Part shown: positions 58,214 to 64,000 of the stretch, in pieces
Position numbering within the stretch: the stretch's first letter is position 1
How the letters are laid out: every line of letters starts with the position of its first letter
Source: Parafilimonas sp.
GTDB lineage: Bacteria > Bacteroidota > Bacteroidia > Chitinophagales > Chitinophagaceae
Length of the DNA: 64,000 nucleotides
Direction: 5' to 3'
NCBI GenBank assembly: GCA_036274175.1
Contig: DASUGF010000083.1
Location: forward strand, 79,004-143,003
Notes under the pieces: model-generated
Database searches by the model: none
Told to the model about the DNA's origin: nothing
What the model saw: the letters and a program-made list of their open reading frames with translations, nothing else
Made by a program: the position numbers and the translations under genes

Positions 58214-58270
58214 CACGCAGGGTCTCGTAGCCGCACACAAAGCCTTTACGAAGACCCTGCTATGACGTGA
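58214..58270. repeat. REP element, type 1
   Basis: acgcagggtctcgtagccgcacacaaagcctttacgaagaccctgctatgacgtga. Confidence 0.7.
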
Positions 58271-58297
58271 AAAAAATACGTCAACATTACGTCTATT

Positions 58298-58410
58298 TCA
58301 TCTGCTTTAGCAGTGTCTCAGCCTCAACCACAATAGTACATGGAGCACAATAGAAGACACATAGGACTATGTGTAAATCTATGTTTCTACTGTGCCTTAT
58401 GTGGTTCATT
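58298..58410 (-). ncRNA. candidate structured cis-regulatory RNA element, copy B (minus-strand orientation, leader of minus-strand molybdoenzyme operon)
   Basis: The minus-strand reading gaaccacataaggcacagtagaaac...acacatagtcctatgtgt...ttctattgtgctccatgtactattgtggttgaggctgagacactgc aligns to copy A at about 80% identity. The outer stem is conserved. The inner hairpin sequence differs but pairing is kept. Confidence 0.35.
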
Positions 58411-58513
58411 TTCAAATTCAGGCACCATCCCTCTTTTGCAAACCACCCGCCGACACTGGCTCCATTTTTGTAAATTCGCAATCGTATCAATAATAAAAAT
58501 CATGGTTTCCGTC

Positions 58514-58575
58514 ACAGCAAGATCTTCATAGCATTGCTAATGAGCACAGGATGAGACCCTGCGTCCTACAACAGG
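58514..58575. repeat. REP-like element, type 2 (degenerate left arm)
   Basis: cacagcaagatcttcatagcattgctaatgagcacaggatgagaccctgcgtcctacaacagg. Confidence 0.5.
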
Positions 58576-58674
58576 TAAACATTTTATCCCGCTTTATTAT
58601 GGAGAATTAGAATAAAAACGCAGGATCTCGCAGCCATACACACAGAGCTCTTGCGAAGACCCTGCTGTGACGTG
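58576..58674. repeat. degenerate RAYT 3'-end remnant + REP type 1
   Basis: gtaaacattttatcccgctttattatggagaattagaataa approximates the RAYT 3' end (gtaaaacattttactccggttcattatgaagaattagaataa). It is followed by aacgcaggatctcgcagccatacacacagagctcttgcgaagaccctgctgtgacgtg. Confidence 0.55.
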
Positions 58675-58767
58675 TTGTACAATTAATCATTATCATTCAA
58701 TTAACGGTTATCAGCCGACCCCAACTCCATTTTTCGTAAATTCGTCCTCTCATCAATAAAAAAAATC

Positions 58768-59217
58768 ATGGTTCTACATGTAAACGGTGAAAAGCATGAG
58801 ATCACTGTGGAACCGGATGTTGCCCTGTTAACCGTATTGCGGGAACACCTTAATTTAACAGGCAGCAAATATGGTTGCGGCGAAGGAGCCTGCGGCGCCT
58901 GCACCGTACTGGTAAATGGAAACACTGTACACTCATGCATCACCCCCGTAAGCTCTGCTGCAGGTAAAGAGATCACCACGATCGAAGGCCTTGAAAAAAA
59001 TGCAAAACTTGCAGCGGTGCAACAAGCCTTTTTGACAACAGATGTTTTTCAATGTTCCTATTGTGCATCGGGCATGATCATGGCGGCCGCAGCGCTGCTC
59101 CAAAAAAATCCTGCGCCTTCAGAAGAAGCGATAGTAAAAGGAATGAACGGAAACATATGCCGGTGCGGCGCATATCCCTATATCATTAAGGCCATTAAGC
59201 TGGCTGCTGAATCTTAA
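58768..59217 (+). CDS. (2Fe-2S)-binding small subunit (IorA-like), paralog
   Basis: CGEGACGACTVLV and CSYCASGMIMAAAAL...GNICRCGAY; 149 aa. Confidence 0.85.
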   Translation: MVLHVNGEKHEITVEPDVALLTVLREHLNLTGSKYGCGEGACGACTVLVNGNTVHSCITPVSSAAGKEITTIEGLEKNAKLAAVQQAFLTTDVFQCSYCASGMIMAAAALLQKNPAPSEEAIVKGMNGNICRCGAYPYIIKAIKLAAES

Positions 59218-59227
59218 ATCACGCACT

Positions 59228-61375
59228 ATGGAAAATCGAGATTATTCACGCCACCCATTTGAGCCGTCAACCGACGAGCTTCCATCCGAATCCCGCTATC
59301 ACTTTACATTGGACCGCAGAAAGTTTTTTAAACTTGGCGGCGGCGGTTTGGTTGTTGCCTTTGTGCTGCACGATCTTATTTCATTCGGTAACAACAATAT
59401 TGCTGCTCCGGATGAATCGCAACCGGATAGCGTTGACGCATGGATACATATAGGCGAAGATGGTGCAGTGAATGTTTTTACCGGTAAAGTGGAAGTGGGA
59501 CAAAACATTCGTACCTCTTTGTCGCAGATCGTGGCGGAGGAACTGATGGCGCCGCTGTCATCCATTACCATGATTATGGGCGATACCGATCTTGTGCCGT
59601 ATGATGCCGGCACCTTTGGCAGCCGCACTACGCCCCAAATGGGTCCGCAATTGCGGAAGGCGGCGGCCACAGCACGGGAAGCGTTGAAAGAACTGGCAGC
59701 AAAAAAATGGGATACGCCGCCAACGAAGTTGCTTGCTGAAAACGGGATGATAATAAACACGGCTACCAAAGAGAAGATCAATTATGGCACATTGACAAAA
59801 GGAAAGCAACTGTTAATGAAGATTGCAGACAACGTGCCGGTTATCGCTGCAAAGGATTGGAAGGTAGCAGGGAAATCAGCGCCTAAAATAGATCAGAAAG
59901 ATTTTATTTCCGGAAGGCATCAATATGTTTCGGATATGAAGTTGAAAGGAATGCTTTATGGCAAAGTATTGCGACCGCCTTCTTACGGAGCAAAATTGAT
60001 GGAAGCAGACTTGTCAAAAGCAAAGCGCATACCCGGTGTAATTGCGGTGAAGGATGGCGATTTTGTGGGCGTGGCTGCGCCGGACAGCAGGACCGCCACC
60101 AGCGCTTTACTGGCTATTGATGCCAAATGGGAAGAGCGTAAAGATCATCCATCCAACGCCAATATTTTTGACTACCTGGTTCAGAATGCCTCACAGGAAA
60201 AGGATGCAAGAAACGGTGACATTACAGGCGATGTAGAGGGTGGATTATCCGGAGCGGCATTTAAATATTCCAACACCTACAACATTGATTATATAGCCCA
60301 TGTACCGCTGGAGCCAAGGGCCGCCCTGGCGCAATGGGCTGATGGAAAGCTTACCGTGTGGACGGGCACGCAAAGACCATTTGGCGTTCAGCAGCAGCTG
60401 GCTGAAGCATTCCGGTTGAATAAAGAAAAAGTTAGAGTAATCATGCCGGATACGGGATCGGGATACGGAGGAAAACATTCCGGTGAAGCAGCGATCGAAG
60501 CAGCGCGCCTGGCACAGGAAGCGAAGGCGCCGGTGAAAGTTGTATGGACAAGAGAGGAGGAGTTTACCTGGGCGTATTTCAGGCCGGGTGGCGTGATCGA
60601 GGTGAATGCAGGTGTAAATAAAGATGGAACGATCACCGCATGGAAATTTACAAATTATAATTCGGGTGGCGCGGGGCTCGGCACTCAATACAAAGCAGGT
60701 AGTAAACAAGTAGCGTATGTGCCTTCGGATACGCCATTAAAACAAGGCTCTTATCGCGGACTTGCGTCAACCGCCAATGTATTTGCACGGGAATGCAGCA
60801 TGACTGATCTCGCCCGTTTGATCAGCATGGATCCGCTTGATTTCCGGGTTAAAAATTTAGACGATAAACGGTTTATTGCCGTGCTGCAGGCTGCTGCGAA
60901 AGCTTTTGGCTGGGACAAGCCGAAAACGGCCGGTCATGGTTATGGCATTGCAGGCGGATTTGAAAAAGGTGGTCATGTAGGCGCCTGCGTTGAAGTGATG
61001 GTGAACAGTGATAAAGAAGTGAAGGTGCTTCGTGTAACGCAGGCTTTTGAATGCGGCGCTATAGTGAACCCGCATCATTTGGAAAACCAGGTAACTGGTT
61101 CTATTATCATGGGGCTTGGCGGCGCCTTATTTGAAGCAGTTCAATTTGCTGATGGCAAAATGCTAAATGCCGGTCTTTCGTCATACAGGGTTCCCCGTTT
61201 TAGTGATGTGCCTAAAATTGAGGTCATTTTATTAGATCGTAAAGATATCCCCTCTGCCGGCGCAGGCGAGGCAGCTATTATTGGCGTTGCACCCGCTATA
61301 CGCAATGCTATTCTTGATGCTGCGGGAACAGCGATCAATACTTTACCCATGTTGCCGAATGGAATGTTGGTTTAA
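59228..61375 (+). CDS. xanthine dehydrogenase-family molybdopterin-binding subunit (IorB-like), paralog with Tat-like signal
   Basis: 715 aa. RRKFFKLGGGGLVVAF is a Tat motif. Mo-binding domain blocks (GSGYGGKH, ...). A 10-nt gap to the small subunit suggests an operon. Confidence 0.8.
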   Translation: MENRDYSRHPFEPSTDELPSESRYHFTLDRRKFFKLGGGGLVVAFVLHDLISFGNNNIAAPDESQPDSVDAWIHIGEDGAVNVFTGKVEVGQNIRTSLSQIVAEELMAPLSSITMIMGDTDLVPYDAGTFGSRTTPQMGPQLRKAAATAREALKELAAKKWDTPPTKLLAENGMIINTATKEKINYGTLTKGKQLLMKIADNVPVIAAKDWKVAGKSAPKIDQKDFISGRHQYVSDMKLKGMLYGKVLRPPSYGAKLMEADLSKAKRIPGVIAVKDGDFVGVAAPDSRTATSALLAIDAKWEERKDHPSNANIFDYLVQNASQEKDARNGDITGDVEGGLSGAAFKYSNTYNIDYIAHVPLEPRAALAQWADGKLTVWTGTQRPFGVQQQLAEAFRLNKEKVRVIMPDTGSGYGGKHSGEAAIEAARLAQEAKAPVKVVWTREEEFTWAYFRPGGVIEVNAGVNKDGTITAWKFTNYNSGGAGLGTQYKAGSKQVAYVPSDTPLKQGSYRGLASTANVFARECSMTDLARLISMDPLDFRVKNLDDKRFIAVLQAAAKAFGWDKPKTAGHGYGIAGGFEKGGHVGACVEVMVNSDKEVKVLRVTQAFECGAIVNPHHLENQVTGSIIMGLGGALFEAVQFADGKMLNAGLSSYRVPRFSDVPKIEVILLDRKDIPSAGAGEAAIIGVAPAIRNAILDAAGTAINTLPMLPNGMLV

Positions 61376-61530
61376 TGTTAATCCGGAAAAGAAATTTTTT
61401 CTATAGGTGGTGTCTGCATCAATCGAAAATTTTGTTCTGTAGTCCGGTCTGTGAGGGCACAAGTCTGATAGAGAAAACCTATTGATGTAAAAACTTCATT
61501 TTGAAATCATTTAATCGAACAGAATAATTA

Positions 61531-62571
61531 TTACATGTATAGAAGTCTGTTTGCGTCAACCTCATTAGTTTTTAAAACTGTTTTGATAGTTCCAATAGTT
61601 TTTGGAATTTTTTTTATACTATCTCTTATCAACTCAATTTTCTTCATTTGTTCATCAAAATTTTCTTTAATGGATTCTTGATTATTGCCTGAAAAGAAAA
61701 TGGTAGAATTCAAGCAAGTTTCTCTATCGAACGGATGACCAATATTTATATAAGCATAGTTGGTTATAAACAATCTATCGCTTGAGAAAATTTTAGAAGA
61801 ATCTATATAACTTTCCATAAATAAATTTTCATTTCCACCAAGGCATTCCATCAAAAAATTAATTTGAGGTTTATAGTCTGAAATTGATTTATCCATTTCA
61901 GTTAAAATAAGTAGATGAAATTTTAAGCTTAGGTTTTCAAGAATAAATGCTTTAATTATTTTTATAATCCCCGGAGCTTTATTCATTTTCCAATTCTTAC
62001 CTGAAAAAAAATATGGATCAACAATTATTAAAGAATTGCATGGATGTTTGCAGACAGTAATTTCATCCATTCCCTTTGAGATTGTTTTACCTGCAAAATT
62101 TTTATCTTCATAAAATGAATTAAAATCAAACCCGTTTCCAATTACAACAAGTCCAAACTTATTTTGTATTATCTGACTTTCTGCAACATCTAAAGGGATA
62201 AAATAAACTGCATTAGGGTCATCGGTTTCTTGTATAAATTTCTCAAAAGATATATTATTTGTAAGCGATTGTTCAAAAGAGACGTTACATATTAAATCAT
62301 TTTTTAACGCTTTGTGGTACAGATATTCTTTCATGGTTTGAAAATTTTTATTTCCAGCAATCGGGTTATAAATATTTTCAACTCTTGATGCAGACAAATC
62401 AGTATTAATTTTTGCACATTGCAAAAAATTTAGAATTCTATCAATTGTATTTCGTTGCTTTTGGGTGTTCATTCTTTCAGAATAGTCTGTTGAGGAGGAT
62501 AATTCTTTCTCCTTGCTTTCTAAATAATCTACAAACGAATCAGCCACATAAGCAGAGGGTCTTATGCTCAT
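61531..62571 (-). CDS. hypothetical protein, partner of upstream ATPase-like gene in AT-rich cassette
   Basis: 346 aa. No motif recognisable by eye (CKHPCNSLIIVDPYFF, VIGNGFDFNSF). Its start lies 1 nt after the stop of the upstream gene (TGA-T-ATG), so the two look translationally coupled. Confidence 0.45.
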   Translation of the reverse strand: MSIRPSAYVADSFVDYLESKEKELSSSTDYSERMNTQKQRNTIDRILNFLQCAKINTDLSASRVENIYNPIAGNKNFQTMKEYLYHKALKNDLICNVSFEQSLTNNISFEKFIQETDDPNAVYFIPLDVAESQIIQNKFGLVVIGNGFDFNSFYEDKNFAGKTISKGMDEITVCKHPCNSLIIVDPYFFSGKNWKMNKAPGIIKIIKAFILENLSLKFHLLILTEMDKSISDYKPQINFLMECLGGNENLFMESYIDSSKIFSSDRLFITNYAYINIGHPFDRETCLNSTIFFSGNNQESIKENFDEQMKKIELIRDSIKKIPKTIGTIKTVLKTNEVDANRLLYM

Positions 62572-62572
62572 A

Positions 62573-63874
62573 TCAGTTTTTTTGAGAATTCTTTAATAAA
62601 AAAATGTCCAACGCAATATTATCCGCTTCGTCAAAAAAACCTTTTCCAAATTCATTACTTAAAGTTCCGTCGGGTTGAATTTTAATTTTTGTTATTTGAG
62701 ACTGACCTTTTGAAATTTCAAGCGGATTTGAAAAATAATATATAATGGAATCATCTGAATTTAATTCGCTCTTGGTATCTATTGTCAAATATTGAAGTTT
62801 TCTTATTAGATATTCGCTATGGGTTTCAATAATAAATTGATTATCGGAATACTTGACAGCTTCATAAAAAAAGTCTGCTAATAATGATTGTAAAGCAGGA
62901 TGAAGATTCGATTCAGGTTCTTCAATTACAAATAAATTTTTCTTAGAAGTAAAAATCATTATAATTATGGGAATTAACTGCGTAAATCCATAACCCATTT
63001 CATTCAAATGAAATGTTTTGCCATGTTTTATAAGTGATATTGTGTATCCAAATCCAGAAACCGACTCTACTTTTAATTCAGTTCTACGATCAATTATTCC
63101 AAAGCGTTGCAACCATCCATTAATATACCCTTGTTTTAACATCACATCAAATTCATCACTATCTAAGATCTTAGAATCTTCAATATAATACGAAGGCATG
63201 CTTTGATATATTTTCAAAGATTCATTAAGTTTGGGATTGTCTTTTGATTTAAAAAATTTCGATTGTTCTGCCCTTACACTTTCCAATACCTCGAAATTTG
63301 AAAAACAATCAAACAGATTTTCAGGAAGATATTCAGGCATTCCAAATAGCTTGTTTATATATTCAGAAACATATTCATTTAAAAATTCATCATCAACAAA
63401 ATCTTTAAGGTCTTCATTGATTATTTCCCTAAAAGAAGGGGTTTTAAATTTTGTTCTCCGATTATATGCTATATCTCCTAAGGCACAATAAGCTGCATTA
63501 ATAAAATTGTATATGGGATAATTATCTTGTTTTAAAAAATTCTTGTAAGAATAACTATCTGAAACATGCATATCATTATTCCTTTCCAGAAAACTCCAAA
63601 TATTGATTTTAATTTTATCAAAAATTTCATCAGTCGAATTGCTTAACCTATCCCTCAATTTAAGTGAATTCAGTACGCCTTCATGCAGGGAAATAAAACT
63701 GCTTGTATATTCAAAAATATTACTGCGAACATTTCCAGAAACTTCCAAAAGCGTTTCTCCATCAATACCTATGTAAATATATGCCAGCCCATCTCTGTTA
63801 TAGTCTGCATAATAGCTGTAATAAGTTACGTCTGAACCTTCATTCTTATTTTCAATTTGAACAGGGCTGTTCAA
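62573..63874 (-). CDS. ABC/AAA_21-(DUF3696)-like ATPase-fold protein lacking an evident Walker A P-loop
   Basis: The C-terminal third has the signature-like HLNEMGYGFTQLIPIIIMIF, Walker B LFVIEEPESNLHP and the H-loop FIIETHSEYLIRKLQ, typical of OLD/AriA/AAA_21-type ATPases. No GxxxxGK[ST] occurs in the N-terminal 280 aa. The ORF-track start is TTG; the first in-frame ATG is about 100 codons downstream, and an in-frame stop lies at 63953-63955. Confidence 0.45.
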   Translation of the reverse strand: MNSPVQIENKNEGSDVTYYSYYADYNRDGLAYIYIGIDGETLLEVSGNVRSNIFEYTSSFISLHEGVLNSLKLRDRLSNSTDEIFDKIKINIWSFLERNNDMHVSDSYSYKNFLKQDNYPIYNFINAAYCALGDIAYNRRTKFKTPSFREIINEDLKDFVDDEFLNEYVSEYINKLFGMPEYLPENLFDCFSNFEVLESVRAEQSKFFKSKDNPKLNESLKIYQSMPSYYIEDSKILDSDEFDVMLKQGYINGWLQRFGIIDRRTELKVESVSGFGYTISLIKHGKTFHLNEMGYGFTQLIPIIIMIFTSKKNLFVIEEPESNLHPALQSLLADFFYEAVKYSDNQFIIETHSEYLIRKLQYLTIDTKSELNSDDSIIYYFSNPLEISKGQSQITKIKIQPDGTLSNEFGKGFFDEADNIALDIFLLKNSQKN

Positions 63875-64000
63875 TTCTAAAAAATAAAAAAGGCAGCAAA
63901 CAAAGAAGATGTGGATAACTTTGTAATGAACTAAAAAACAGAGATATACACACTATGCTTACTACCTTTTTTGCAGACCTCATAGATTTCAGGCGCCCGC

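Noticed and set aside
58293-58490. 65-aa minus-strand ORF in the divergent spacer
   Set aside because: It coincides with copy B of the structured element. The homologous copy A has no matching frame.

Overview
The window is mostly core Bacteroidota chromosome, probably Chitinophagaceae-like. That reading rests on a T9SS C-terminal sorting domain, DUF1573, a Bacteroidetes-type CcmD, the nusB–DUF1573–yajC–coaE gene order, and paired DUF3857/transglutaminase lipoproteins. Housekeeping genes include gdhA, lpxB, msrB, proA, a proline dehydrogenase, prmA, mscL, scpA, PPK2, a SulP permease and an MqnC/E-like radical-SAM enzyme. Secreted and degradative genes include a GH43, an M16 peptidase, an aspartyl-protease–PDZ protein, esterases, and a 1876-aa T9SS cargo protein made of an esterase domain, about 13 PKD-like repeats, two CBMs and the T9SS sorting domain. 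There are two divergent IorA/IorB-like molybdoenzyme pairs, each a 2Fe-2S subunit plus a Tat-signal Mo-binding subunit. An ABC transporter has its substrate-binding protein fused to an OmpA-like domain. Accessory content is concentrated in four places. (1) An AT-rich two-gene cassette at the 3' end pairs an ABC/AAA_21-like ATPase that lacks a P-loop with an unknown 346-aa partner; this is the best candidate for an undescribed defense-like system. (2) A lower-GC insert after proA carries a DUF3800 protein and a protein with a PF10137-type TIR-like domain fused to an uncharacterised C-terminal domain. (3) A REP/RAYT locus has a REP-mediated tandem duplication, and REP copies also sit around the molybdoenzyme operons. 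(4) Several families of dispersed short-period repeats form strand-specific G·U hairpins between co-directional genes; two copies are inserted in frame inside lpxB. A conserved ~120-nt nested-stem element is shared by the SulP permease leader and the molybdoenzyme leader and is a candidate cis-regulatory RNA. All calls come from reading and translating the sequence by eye. No database searches or computations were run.
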